Shown: one piece after another, positions 1 through 9,082 of the stretch
How positions within the stretch are numbered: the first letter of the stretch is position 1
Layout: every line of letters begins with the position of its first letter
NCBI GenBank assembly: GCA_963777315.1
Contig: CAVZQC010000004.1
Coordinates: 160,001 to 224,000, forward strand
DNA from: Vulcanimicrobiota bacterium
GTDB taxonomy: Bacteria > Vulcanimicrobiota > Vulcanimicrobiia > Vulcanimicrobiales > Vulcanimicrobiaceae
Direction of reading: 5' to 3'
DNA: 64,000 nucleotides
Position numbers and translations under genes: made by a program
The notes under the pieces: model-generated
The model's input: the letters and a program-made list of their open reading frames with translations, nothing else
Databases searched by the model: none
What the model was told of the DNA's origin: nothing

Positions 1-620
1 AGGCTGGTAACCGGCGGCATTGCCAAAGCGCGCTCTTCAAGCGTCTTGACCGCGCTTTCGTCGGCTCCGGGCAAAACCTGCGCGATCGCGCCGCCGGCCG
101 CCGTGACGCCCTCGGGACCGGCGAGCACCCCTAGCGCAACCACGCTGGGAATCTGTTCGGAATTGACCAGATACGCGGCGATGTCTTCGGCGATTTCACC
201 GCTGTACAGAGGAACGACCCCGACGTACGGCTGACCGAGCTCGTACGATTTGGTCACTTGCAGGGATCCCGATCCCACGGCGCCTGCAACGTCGAACTTT
301 CCGCGAGCATTGAGCGGCAGCTCGACCGTAGGAAACTTGGCATACCCGCGCGCCCCGATGCAGCTTTCGTCGATGAACCACGCCTCCGCGACGATGCTGC
401 GCAATGGACCGTCGCCGGAAACCTGCAGCGAAATGCGCTCTTTGCCTTTTAAACTGCTTCCCAGCAGAGCAGCGCCGGTGACTAGCCGGCCCGCTGCAGC
501 AGTCGCGGTAGGACTCAAGCTATGTCGCTGCTGCGTTTCGCGCACGAGCTCGGTCGTGATTGCGGCCACGACGGCGAATCCCGCATCGGGTGACGACGCG
601 CTGACGATCGAGTCGGGCAT
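1..620 (-). CDS. hslO: Hsp33 family redox-regulated chaperone (3' end outside window)
   Basis: Manual translation from ATG at 620: MPDSIVSA...RHSLSPTATAAAGRLVTGAALLG...GDGPLRSIVAEA...PYVGVVPLYSGEIAEDIAAYLVNSEQIPSVVALGV, typical Hsp33 motifs; not in the ORF track because it runs off the edge. Confidence 0.9.
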   Translation of the reverse strand, partial: MPDSIVSASSPDAGFAVVAAITTELVRETQQRHSLSPTATAAAGRLVTGAALLGSSLKGKERISLQVSGDGPLRSIVAEAWFIDESCIGARGYAKFPTVELPLNARGKFDVAGAVGSGSLQVTKSYELGQPYVGVVPLYSGEIAEDIAAYLVNSEQIPSVVALGVLAGPEGVTAAGGAIAQVLPGADESAVKTLEERALAMPPVTS

Positions 621-669
621 ACGCGCCTGTTAACCAGGGCGCTGCGGATCCCCCTGCGAAACGGCGGCC

Positions 670-1095
670 ATGCGAGTTCTCGTGATTCACGGCCCGAACT
701 TGAATTTGCTCGGCCGGCGCGAGCCCGAAACGTACGGAAAGCACACGCTTGCGGACGTAAACGCGGCGATCGTGCAGCTTGCCGGCGAACTTGGGATCGA
801 GGTGGGAACCGAGCAGCATAACGGCGAGGGCGCGATCGTCGACGCCCTGCACGGCGCCCGGGAAACGTGCGATGCGGTGCTGCTCAATCCCGGCGCTTAC
901 GCGCACTACTCTTATGCAATCGCCGACGCCGTCGCGGCCATAGCCATTCCCGTGATCGAAGTGCATATGTCCAACGTGCACGCGCGTGAAGAATTCAGGC
1001 GCAGGAGCGTCATTGCGCCCGTCTGCGCAGGAACCGTAGGCGGTTTCGGCATTCGTTCGTATTTGCTCGCGCTTCGTGCAGCTGCGCAGATGTGA
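670..1095 (+). CDS. aroQ: type II 3-dehydroquinate dehydratase
   Basis: HGPNLNLLGRREPETYG, NPGAYAHYS, EVHMSNVHAREEFRRRS motifs. Confidence 0.97.
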   Translation: MRVLVIHGPNLNLLGRREPETYGKHTLADVNAAIVQLAGELGIEVGTEQHNGEGAIVDALHGARETCDAVLLNPGAYAHYSYAIADAVAAIAIPVIEVHMSNVHAREEFRRRSVIAPVCAGTVGGFGIRSYLLALRAAAQM

Positions 1096-1192
1096 TCGTT
1101 GAGGGAAGGAGCCGTAAGCGCGCCTGCGTATACCCTCTCGCAGGCGGCTCGTCGTGCCTGTGGCTTCAAGTGCCGCCGTAGGAGATATTCCC

Positions 1193-1516
1193 TTGACGAA
1201 AGCCGACATCATCGATTCCGTTGCAGCCCAAGCTGAACTGACGAAACGAAAGGCGGCGCAAATCGTCGAGCTCGTCCTGGCCGAAATCAAATCTTCACTG
1301 CAGAAGGGCGAACGCGTCGCGCTGACGCCGTTCGGAACGTTCGTCGTTCGCGAACGTAAAGCACGTGAGGGACGCAATCCAAAAACGGGCGCGGCGATCG
1401 ATATTCCGGCGCGCCGCGTCGCCGCATTCGTTGCAGGCGCCGGTTTGAAGAGCGCCGTCACGGGCGGCCGTGGCGCCGTCAGGAAAAGCGGCAAGAAAGA
1501 CGGACGTAAGCGCTGA
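1193..1516 (+). CDS. hup: HU family DNA-binding protein with short basic C-terminal tail
   Basis: TTG start after GGAGA; TKADII, FGTFVVRERKAREGRNPKTGAAIDIPARRVAAF. Confidence 0.93.
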   Translation: MTKADIIDSVAAQAELTKRKAAQIVELVLAEIKSSLQKGERVALTPFGTFVVRERKAREGRNPKTGAAIDIPARRVAAFVAGAGLKSAVTGGRGAVRKSGKKDGRKR

Positions 1517-2145
1517 CCATCGCTCCGCTGGAAGCGCATGAGATCGCGCAGGCGGCCGGCATCTTTTTTCGCGCTTTTGCCGGCGAACACGCCGAGCACT
1601 ATCGCCCCGGCGCTCGGCCGGCGGCGCTCGCAGACGTATGGTCGTTCGTTCGCGGCAACGAGCCGCGCGGATTTTTGGCTGCGCACGAGGATGACCGGCT
1701 GGTGGGCTATGCGATTTTTATCCCGAGTTTGAAACGGCTGCAGAGTCGAGCCGTTCTGCGCGGCGCGGCATTTCGTTGGGCCGTGTCCGCGCTGCGGGGC
1801 GGTTTTGGGCTGCGCGTTGCGGCAATGCCGCGGCTGCTGCTCAACAAAATGATGTTTGCGGCGAGCTCGGCGCGGTTCCGGCACCGCGGAGACGCGCAAT
1901 TGCTCAACATCGCCGTCGAACCGGACATGCAGGGGCGCGGCATCGCGCGCGAGCTCGTACTGCAGGGGTTGCGGGCCATGCGCGAACTGGGCGTACCAGA
2001 AGTACGCTTGGAAGTGCGTCCGTGGAATGCCGGTGCGCTGAAGCTGTACGAACAGACCGGATGGCGAGCCGTGGGGCGCACGCGCGACTTGCAAGGGGAA
2101 TGGGTCGTGATGACGGCCAATCCCTCAGTCGCCGTTTCGCGATAA
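1513..2145 (+). CDS. GNAT (RimI-like) N-acetyltransferase
   Basis: LLNIAVEPDMQGRGIARELV, LEVRPWNAGALKLYEQTGW; frame is open back to a CTG at 1513 that overlaps the HU stop (ORF-track start 1675). Confidence 0.8.
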   Translation: MTIAPLEAHEIAQAAGIFFRAFAGEHAEHYRPGARPAALADVWSFVRGNEPRGFLAAHEDDRLVGYAIFIPSLKRLQSRAVLRGAAFRWAVSALRGGFGLRVAAMPRLLLNKMMFAASSARFRHRGDAQLLNIAVEPDMQGRGIARELVLQGLRAMRELGVPEVRLEVRPWNAGALKLYEQTGWRAVGRTRDLQGEWVVMTANPSVAVSR

Positions 2146-2154
2146 AAGATACGT

Positions 2155-2229
2155 CGGGCTGTGGCGCAGTTTGGTTAGCGCGCTTGACTGGGGGTCAAGA
2201 GGTCGCTGGTTCGAATCCAGTCAGCCCGA
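2155..2229 (+). tRNA. tRNA-Pro (GGG), CCA not encoded
   Basis: Acceptor stem CGGGCTG/CAGCCCG, D-loop TGGCGCAGTTTGGTTAGCGC, anticodon arm CTTGA-CTGGGGG-TCAAG, T-loop GGTTCGAATCC. Confidence 0.96.
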
Positions 2230-2407
2230 AATTGCGCCTTTTAGGGAACCTCTGAAAAAGTCCCACGCGGTCCATCGCCATGTCGCTTTTCGTCCAGTTC
2301 ATCGTTGCTGCGGCGGCCACAATGCGCTGCATTGCGTCCGTCCTCGCGCCTCGAACTGACCAAAAATCGCCACGGCGCTGCACCACGGAGACTTCTTCAG
2401 AGATTCC

Positions 2408-2701
2408 TTAGTAAATTTGCGGATGCATTGCGCGCAGCACCCCGCTGGCAGCCGCCGGCCGCCACACATCGAAGCGATCCTCGTCGGGCACGTCGGCTTC
2501 GGCGTGCTGCATGAGCGAGACGACGTGGCTGACGACCAGCGTGAACGTGCGCGGCTGCGCGGTGCCGCCGCAAGCCGCCGCAATCGTCACATCGGTCGCA
2601 TTGGTGCGCACGGCTTCCAATACTTGCATCGCCACGTCGTACGAAACGACGTGTGCGCCTTTGGTCATGAATATCGTATAGTTCGGCGCGCTCGTTGGCA
2701 C
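2408..2701 (-). CDS. hypothetical protein
   Basis: 97-aa ORF with protein-like composition filling the gap between the tRNA and RNase H; no recognised motif. Confidence 0.4.
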   Translation of the reverse strand: MPTSAPNYTIFMTKGAHVVSYDVAMQVLEAVRTNATDVTIAAACGGTAQPRTFTLVVSHVVSLMQHAEADVPDEDRFDVWRPAAASGVLRAMHPQIY

Positions 2702-2736
2702 GCACCGACACTACGATGTGGGGCCTGCGGCTATCT

Positions 2737-2775
2737 TGTGGACATGCTGTGGAAGACGCAATTTCTTGTGGATAG
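2737..2775. promoter_or_regulatory. cluster of three DnaA-box-like 9-mers
   Basis: TGTGGACAT (2737), TGTGGAAGA (2748), TGTGGATAG (2767) versus consensus TGTGGATAA, same orientation, intergenic. Confidence 0.45.
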
Positions 2776-2812
2776 CAAGCCCCGTCGGCTTTTTGTTGAA
2801 GCACGCCGGGGT

Positions 2813-3241
2813 ATGGAACCGCCGTCGCAAACGCCGTCGGCCGACGCGACGTTGTTCGCCGACGGAGGATCGCGTGGAAATCCGGGGCCGGCCGCCTCGG
2901 GTGCAGTCTTGGTTTCGCCCGGCGGCGCCATACTGCACGAGGTGGGCCATTACTTGGGCACTGCCACCAACAACGTCGCGGAATGGACGGCGCTGGCGCT
3001 GGGGCTGCAGGCGGCGCTCGAGCACGGCGTGCGGCGCCTGGCGGTGCGAATGGACAGCGAGCTGGTCGTCAAACAGATTTCCGGCGAGTACCGCGTTAAA
3101 CATCCGGATCTGCAGCCGCTGCACCGGCGCGTCGTTTCGCTTTTGCGCAAGTTCGAATACGTCGACGTGCGGCACGTGCGCCGCAAGGACAATGCGCTGG
3201 CCGACGCGGTGGTGAATCGAGTTCTCGATGCGTCGAAGTAG
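2813..3241 (+). CDS. rnhA: ribonuclease HI
   Basis: FADGGSRGNPGPA, ATNNVAEW, MDSELVVKQ, HVRRKDNALAD catalytic motifs. Confidence 0.92.
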   Translation: MEPPSQTPSADATLFADGGSRGNPGPAASGAVLVSPGGAILHEVGHYLGTATNNVAEWTALALGLQAALEHGVRRLAVRMDSELVVKQISGEYRVKHPDLQPLHRRVVSLLRKFEYVDVRHVRRKDNALADAVVNRVLDASK

Positions 3242-3881
3242 CTGGTTCGGTACCGCAGTTTTCGTTTTTGCCGTCATATTCATCGTTTGCGGGCTGGTCT
3301 TCATCAAATGGCCGGACTTTCAGCACAAGCAGGAGCTCGTAAACGTCCTGCATTCCAAAAGCATTCTCGACGTGTCGCTTACGATCAAGTACGACAAGCC
3401 GCCCGTGTACTTGGAGCAGTACGTCATGCACAACGAAAACGGCATTTCGAGCGCGCAATACAAGGTGCAGGGATATTCCGGAAAGGTGGTGACGATTGCT
3501 TTGCCTCCGGACAAAACGTACGCGGTCACCTTCTTTTTCGAGCAGGTCGTGCAAGACGGCATCTGGCAGCTCGTGAACAAACCGTCCATTGGAAATACCA
3601 GTCTGCACTACACGCTGCATATCCATCAGGTGGCCGGGGATAAGCAGGGTACGCGGACGATCGTGTTCACGGATCCGCACTACTGGGCCGTCGCAGCGGG
3701 GCGTCAGTACGAGATCCAGCTCAGCCCCAACAGCCCGACGCCCGATCTGACCAAACTCAAGAGCACGTCCCTTGCGGATCCGCGTTATCTGAAAATCGTG
3801 CAGGCGTTTCGCAGCTTCGGCACCCCTGCGTTCCGGCAAAAGGTAGCGCAGGCGCAAGCGCTCGTGCGCAGCTCGCGCTAG
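3228..3881 (+). CDS. hypothetical membrane-anchored protein
   Basis: 217-aa ORF with one N-terminal hydrophobic helix, overlapping the rnhA end like an operon gene. Confidence 0.7.
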   Translation: MRRSSWFGTAVFVFAVIFIVCGLVFIKWPDFQHKQELVNVLHSKSILDVSLTIKYDKPPVYLEQYVMHNENGISSAQYKVQGYSGKVVTIALPPDKTYAVTFFFEQVVQDGIWQLVNKPSIGNTSLHYTLHIHQVAGDKQGTRTIVFTDPHYWAVAAGRQYEIQLSPNSPTPDLTKLKSTSLADPRYLKIVQAFRSFGTPAFRQKVAQAQALVRSSR

Positions 3882-3897
3882 TGTCCGAGTCCGCCCG

Positions 3898-4686
3898 ATG
3901 AAGCGTTATGGATTGGTCGGACTGGCCGCATTGGCCGCGCTGGCGCTCGTCGCGTTCGTCGGGTACGAACTTTTCGAGCAGCCCACGAATCAGATTTTCG
4001 GCCGGACCCTCACGCGCGGACCGGCGGACGAGCGCGTGGTGGCGCTCACCTATGACGACGGGCCGAATCCTCCGTACACCGGCCGCATTCTGGACGTGCT
4101 CGAACGAGAGCGCGTTCACGCAACCTTCTTTCTGGTCGGGCGCGCGGTGCAAGCATACCCGTGGATCGTACGGCGCGAAATACGCGACGGCGACGCCGTC
4201 GGCAACCATACCTGGGATCATCCGCACCTCATCGTGATGCGGCGAACCGACGTGCGCCGATCGCTCGAGCGTACGGACGCGGCGATCTACGCGGCAAGCG
4301 GATTACACACGCGGCTCATGCGTCCGCCGTTCGGAGCTCGCGACTGGATCGTCATGCACGTTGCCCAAAAGCTCGGCTACACGGTAGTGATGTGGTCGGT
4401 ACCGCTCGCCGGCGACTGGGAATATCCGCCGCCGGGCGTGATCGCGCGGCGAATTTTGCCGCGCGTGAGCGACGGCGCCATCATCGTGCTGCACGACGGC
4501 AACCGCGGTCAGCTCTGCCGTGCCAAGGGGCTAAACCCTCACGTGTGCGATCGCAGCCGCGACATTGAAGCCACGCGCATCATCGTCGACGCGCTCAAGC
4601 GGCAGGGCTACCGTTTCGTCACGATTCCGCAGTTGATCGCGCTGGGCAAGAATGCTAGGCATACACCCGCCCCCGGAGCTGAATGA
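3898..4686 (+). CDS. polysaccharide deacetylase (NodB/CE4)
   Basis: LTYDDGP, ATFFLVG, GNHTWDHP, RPPFG, IVLHDG motifs; N-terminal signal or anchor. Confidence 0.93.
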   Translation: MKRYGLVGLAALAALALVAFVGYELFEQPTNQIFGRTLTRGPADERVVALTYDDGPNPPYTGRILDVLERERVHATFFLVGRAVQAYPWIVRREIRDGDAVGNHTWDHPHLIVMRRTDVRRSLERTDAAIYAASGLHTRLMRPPFGARDWIVMHVAQKLGYTVVMWSVPLAGDWEYPPPGVIARRILPRVSDGAIIVLHDGNRGQLCRAKGLNPHVCDRSRDIEATRIIVDALKRQGYRFVTIPQLIALGKNARHTPAPGAE

Positions 4687-4984
4687 AACCGCCGGGATGG
4701 AGGCCGCTGGGATCGTGATGAGTCCAGTGCACTACCGGTATTCTTCCGGGATCGTGCACCATCTCGCCGCGCACCTGGATGCTGTCGCCCGGCTGGACCG
4801 GAACGCGGGGCGCAATCCCCACGTTGTCGACGATCTCCACGCTTCCGGCGCGGGTGCTCGCGTCGAACGCTTCGTGAACGCAGTGCGTTCGATTTCCCAC
4901 GAAGAATCGCGGACTGGAAGTTACGCGCGCGTCGAAGGTTATTTCGGCCGGGCGCGTGCCGTTGTAGGCACTCTGCAGATCCAT
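4655..4984 (-). CDS. DUF3465-like protein
   Basis: APRVPVQPGDSIQVRGE...VHWTHHDPSGLHPGGFI resembles the DUF3465 C-terminal signature; start uncertain. Confidence 0.6.
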   Translation of the reverse strand: MDLQSAYNGTRPAEITFDARVTSSPRFFVGNRTHCVHEAFDASTRAGSVEIVDNVGIAPRVPVQPGDSIQVRGEMVHDPGRIPVVHWTHHDPSGLHPGGFIQLRGRVYA

Positions 4985-5025
4985 GCGCGTCGTTCACGAC
5001 CGATCGTGGTACCATAAAGGCGCCC

Positions 5026-5607
5026 ATGAGGATCATCCGCACGCGCAGGCTGCGCCTCGTACCCGTGACGGTTGCGAATGCCGGCGCACTTTGGGAGTTG
5101 CTCCAGCAACCGGATCTCCGCACGTTCCAAGACCTGCCCAGTGTGGGCGCTTCGGCGTTCGGCGACATGGTCGCCAGGCGCCCCAAAGAGCTGCGTCCCG
5201 GCGCGTACGGCCGCTTCGAATGGCTCGTGTACTTGCAGGGCGGACGTAAGCCCGCGGGTTGGGTATCGCTGCGCGTAACGGATCGCGACGCGAATGCGGG
5301 CGAGATCGGCTACAGCATCGTGCGCGGACATCGCGGCCGAGGCGTCGCGACCGAAGCGGTTCTCGCGCTGCTACGGGAGAGCTTCGAACGCGCTGCGCTT
5401 CCGCGCCTGCACGCGTATTGCGTGCCCGAGAATACGCCTTCCCGCCGCCTGCTCGAACGAGTGGGTTTTCGCTTCGAAGGAACCTTGCCGCACGGCGCCA
5501 CCGTCAGCGGCCGCGCGGTCGACGTGCTCATGCACCGCCTCGATCGCGAAGCTTGGCGTCAGTCCGGAAACACGATCGAGACGCCTGCCTCGGCGTATCC
5601 CACGTAG
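5026..5607 (+). CDS. GNAT N-acetyltransferase, RimJ/RimL family
   Basis: IRTRRLRLVP, GEIGYSI...HRGRGVATEAV, ENTPSRRLLERVGFRFEG. Confidence 0.9.
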   Translation: MRIIRTRRLRLVPVTVANAGALWELLQQPDLRTFQDLPSVGASAFGDMVARRPKELRPGAYGRFEWLVYLQGGRKPAGWVSLRVTDRDANAGEIGYSIVRGHRGRGVATEAVLALLRESFERAALPRLHAYCVPENTPSRRLLERVGFRFEGTLPHGATVSGRAVDVLMHRLDREAWRQSGNTIETPASAYPT

Positions 5608-6014
5608 CGCGCCGGCATCCCGTCAAGAAACGCCAGCAGCGGTTCGCGCACGACGGCGACCGCAATGCGATCGGATAACCGATCGATGGGAACCCACGCC
5701 GCGTCGACGACGTGATCGTCGTCCACGTCGGGCGTCCGGGGTTCACCCATTGCATCGACCGCAAAGGTGAAATTCGTAAAGTGCGCCGCGCCGTCGTAGG
5801 ATTCGCTCACGTAGCACAGCTCGCGCACCGCTGCATGCATGCCGGTCTCTTCGCGCAGCTCGCGAACGGCGGTCTGTGCGAGCAATTCTCCGTGAATCTG
5901 GCGTCCGCCCGGCATGTTCCACAGCGGCTGCGGGTGGTTGGGATAGCGCGAGGCCACGAGCAGAACGCTGTTGCCCCGTCGCACGAGCGCGGTTGCCAAG
6001 TGGATGCAGTTCAT
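5559..6014 (-). CDS. NUDIX hydrolase
   Basis: Nudix box PGGRQIHGELLAQTAVRELREETG; ATG at 6014 overlaps the upstream stop (ATGA). Confidence 0.9.
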   Translation of the reverse strand: MNCIHLATALVRRGNSVLLVASRYPNHPQPLWNMPGGRQIHGELLAQTAVRELREETGMHAAVRELCYVSESYDGAAHFTNFTFAVDAMGEPRTPDVDDDHVVDAAWVPIDRLSDRIAVAVVREPLLAFLDGMPARYVGYAEAGVSIVFPD

Positions 6015-7057
6015 ACGGCAAAAAAAACCTGTGCGTGGCGATCTGCGCTGCGGTCCCAGCAAAAGTCTTTGGCGCGTTGCAGCCCGGCGGCGCGCAGTTC
6101 CCCACGCAACTGCCGATCGCGCACCAAGCGTTCGAGCGCATCGGTCCAGGCGCCGGCCTGGTCGGCAGGGGCGTACACCGCCGCGTCCGCAGCGATTTCC
6201 GGCAGGCAGCTCGCACGTGAAGCCACCACCGGCGTGCCGCACGCCATCGCTTCAACGACCGGCATGCCGAACGTTTCGTAGTACGACGGAACGCACAACG
6301 CCAACGCGCCGCGATACAGCGCCCGAAGCTGCGCGTCGCCGCTTCCCGCCGCATCTCCGGCTGCCACGCCGACGTATCGTACCCCGTCGCGCGCAGGATC
6401 GCGCGGACCGACCACAACCAGCGCCGGATCCGCCGCCGGCAAAAAGGCATCGCAATACGCTCGGTACAGCATCTCGAAGTTCTTGCGCGGTTCGCTCAGC
6501 GGATCGCCCACGAAGAGCAGGTACGGCGTACGCAGGTTTGCAGGCAGATCGCCGGCATCTTCTCCGGGGCTAAAATACGGTTCGACGCCGTGGTAAATCA
6601 CGTCGATTCGTTCGGGCTTCACGCCCAAGACGTCGGTCAGTTCGGCGCGATCGAATTCGGAAACGGCAATGATCCGCGCCGCTTGCCGCACCGAACGCGT
6701 AAAGGGTGCTTGCTGATGCCGGCGTCGAGCGGGATCGGGATCGGGAAAACGAAACGGCACGGCGTCGTGAATGGTCGCCACGCTGCGTGCGCAACCGGCA
6801 AAAAAGGCGCCGTTCGCCGGGTGCCATACGACGTCACAGCCGCGCGAACCGGCGGCAATGCGAAAGCGCGCGCTCCCCAGCGTCGCCTGCAGTTTCGCGC
6901 GATGCGCAAACGCCAGCGGCCCCTTCACGAGCAGCGTTATCTGCAGGTCCTCACGCCGTACGAGGCGGCGAAGGATTGCGCGCGCGTAACGGCCGATACC
7001 GCGGGTATCCGATGCGAGGTCGCGCGCATCGACGCCCAAGCGTAGCACGTCCTTCAC
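6011..7057 (-). CDS. glycosyltransferase family 4
   Basis: GIGRYA, VATIHDAVP, PRKN, PSYYETFGMPVVEAMACGTPV; GTG start at 7057 chosen. Confidence 0.92.
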   Translation of the reverse strand: MKDVLRLGVDARDLASDTRGIGRYARAILRRLVRREDLQITLLVKGPLAFAHRAKLQATLGSARFRIAAGSRGCDVVWHPANGAFFAGCARSVATIHDAVPFRFPDPDPARRRHQQAPFTRSVRQAARIIAVSEFDRAELTDVLGVKPERIDVIYHGVEPYFSPGEDAGDLPANLRTPYLLFVGDPLSEPRKNFEMLYRAYCDAFLPAADPALVVVGPRDPARDGVRYVGVAAGDAAGSGDAQLRALYRGALALCVPSYYETFGMPVVEAMACGTPVVASRASCLPEIAADAAVYAPADQAGAWTDALERLVRDRQLRGELRAAGLQRAKDFCWDRSADRHAQVFFAV

Positions 7058-7083
7058 GAGGAGCGAGGTTGGCGCAGACCTGC

Positions 7084-7989
7084 ATGGAGTCCCCCGGCGC
7101 TCGCGCCGGGATTGCGGCACATCTGCTGGTGGGGCCGCGCGAGGAACCGTTTTTGGGCGCGCTGTGCGAATCGCTGCAGAACGCCTGCCGGATGCTCATC
7201 GTCAACGATAATTCTCCCGATCCGTCCCCGCATGCCGGCACGCTCGCGCGCACCGCATTTGCGCGCTGCGGCAAGCTGATCGTCGACCGCACGCCGTTTA
7301 CCGATTTCGCCGCGGCCCGCAACGTCTGCTTGCGCCTGCACCGCGAGCACGATGGCGGCGAGTGGGTCGCATTCGTGGACGCCGACGAAGTTCACGCGTC
7401 GCAGTTCGATCGCATCGCAGGCAATTTGGACGCCGTGCCGCCCGGCATCGATTTCGTGGACGGCTACACCCGCCACTTTTTCGGCGCGTTCGAATGGTAC
7501 ATGTCCATCGAACGGCGCATGTCGTTCTTTCGATACGGTCCGCAGCTGCGCTGGGAAGGCAGCGTGCATGAGAAACTGTTCGGCCTGAACGGAAGGCGGT
7601 TGGCGCTGCCGTACGTGTACGCGCACTATGGCTGGGTGATTCCGGCGCGCATCCACGCTGAAAAAGGCCGGCACTATTTCAGTCTGGGCGCTCCGGGACG
7701 GATCGTGGAGCAAGCCGAGCTCGGCGAGTTGGATGCGCGAACGTATTTCGAATATCGCCGCCGCTGCGCCGGCGCGCTGCGCTTTACCGGTGCCCACCCG
7801 GCGGCCGCGCGTTCGACGATCGAACGCATCGGCAGAGAACGCGCGAGCGAGTTCGCATTGCTGGCCGAATTGATCCGCGAACGCCAGTCTCCGGTGCAGC
7901 GCGTGCGAAATGCAGCAGCGCGGCTCAACTACGAGCTGCGCTGGCGCGGGCGCGCCTTCAACCCGCAGGCGCGGCGGCTTCTCGCATGA
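7084..7989 (+). CDS. GT2-like glycosyltransferase
   Basis: FTDFAAARN, WVAFVDADE (DxD), LRWEGSVHE. Confidence 0.7.
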   Translation: MESPGARAGIAAHLLVGPREEPFLGALCESLQNACRMLIVNDNSPDPSPHAGTLARTAFARCGKLIVDRTPFTDFAAARNVCLRLHREHDGGEWVAFVDADEVHASQFDRIAGNLDAVPPGIDFVDGYTRHFFGAFEWYMSIERRMSFFRYGPQLRWEGSVHEKLFGLNGRRLALPYVYAHYGWVIPARIHAEKGRHYFSLGAPGRIVEQAELGELDARTYFEYRRRCAGALRFTGAHPAAARSTIERIGRERASEFALLAELIRERQSPVQRVRNAAARLNYELRWRGRAFNPQARRLLA

Positions 7990-8995
7990 GCGTGCGCGCG
8001 AAATCGTCGACGTCTTGCGGGCGCGTCGCGTGGTGCGTCATCCAGCGCACTTCCGGGAGTGAATCGTCGAACACGTAGAAGAACCACTCCCGCTGCACGC
8101 GCACTATCAGCGCGCGATCCATGGTAGCGAAGATCGCGTTGCAGTCAACCGGCCGCGTGATGCGCACGCCCGGAACGTCTCGCACGCGCGTCTCTAAGCG
8201 CCGCGCCATGGCGTTGGCGTGGCCTGCATACGCGCGCCAGCGATCGTTTTCCAGCAATGCCGAAAACTGCACGGCGACGTACCGCATCTTCGAGGCCAGC
8301 TGCATCGCCTGCTTACGCGCAAAACGCACCGCGCCGGCATGGAGCGCAGCCTCGAAGAAGACGATCGCCTCGCCGAACAGCAGCCCGTTTTTCGTGCCTC
8401 CGAAGGAAAGCACGTCGACGCCGAGATCGCGCGTGCACTGCCGCAGCCCCATGTCGAGAGCGGCTGCGGCGTTGGCAATGCGCGCACCGTCCATGTGGAC
8501 GTACCAGCCCTGCGCGTGAGCGAAGTCGCACAGCCCGCGCAGTTCGTTTGCGGTGTAGAGCGTGCCGTATTCGGTGGACTGCGAAATCGAAATCGCGCGA
8601 GGCTGCACGTGATGTTCGTCCGGCGCCTTGCCGGCGTACGGCGCGAGGTCGTCGACGTGCAGTTTTCCGTCGGCCGTAACCACCGGTAAAACCTTGCTGC
8701 CGGTAAAGCGTTCCAGGGCCCCGCATTCGTCGGTCTGCAGGTGCGACGTTGCCGGCGTTATGACGGCTTCGTACGGTCTGAGTAAGCAGCTCAGAGCGAC
8801 GACGTTGGCTCCCGTACCGTTGAAGACGAAGTACGGATCGGCGTGCGCTCCGAAGATTTCCCGGAGCCGCTCCAGCGCGCGTTCGGTCTGCGGATCGTCT
8901 CCATACGATACGGCATCGCCCTGGTTGGCTTGGACGATGGCCTGAACTATCTCGGGGGCGGCGGGCGCGTTGTTGTCGCTGGCAAAGGTTCGCAT
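7958..8995 (-). CDS. ltaE: low-specificity L-threonine aldolase
   Basis: FASDN, YGDDP, FNGTGAN, HMDGARIAN, SFGGTKNG (PLP lysine). Confidence 0.92.
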   Translation of the reverse strand: MRTFASDNNAPAAPEIVQAIVQANQGDAVSYGDDPQTERALERLREIFGAHADPYFVFNGTGANVVALSCLLRPYEAVITPATSHLQTDECGALERFTGSKVLPVVTADGKLHVDDLAPYAGKAPDEHHVQPRAISISQSTEYGTLYTANELRGLCDFAHAQGWYVHMDGARIANAAAALDMGLRQCTRDLGVDVLSFGGTKNGLLFGEAIVFFEAALHAGAVRFARKQAMQLASKMRYVAVQFSALLENDRWRAYAGHANAMARRLETRVRDVPGVRITRPVDCNAIFATMDRALIVRVQREWFFYVFDDSLPEVRWMTHHATRPQDVDDFARTLMREAAAPAG

Positions 8996-9082
8996 CGCCT
9001 CGGGGGTACAGCGTGCCGGCCGCCCGAGCCTCTCACGGCCGAGAGCAGAGCAGGCTCAGCGGGTAAGATGCCTCCAGCCGTC

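Noticed and set aside
520..2094. Long antisense and alternative-frame ORFs (e.g. 520..2094 -, 10237..11826 -, 27068..28666 -, 29894..31135 -)
   Set aside because: Shadows of well-supported genes in high-GC DNA; no recognisable motifs
2155..2400. tRNA-Pro as an integration site
   Set aside because: No integrase nearby and no duplicated tRNA 3' end noticed; the ORF overlapping the tRNA is treated as spurious
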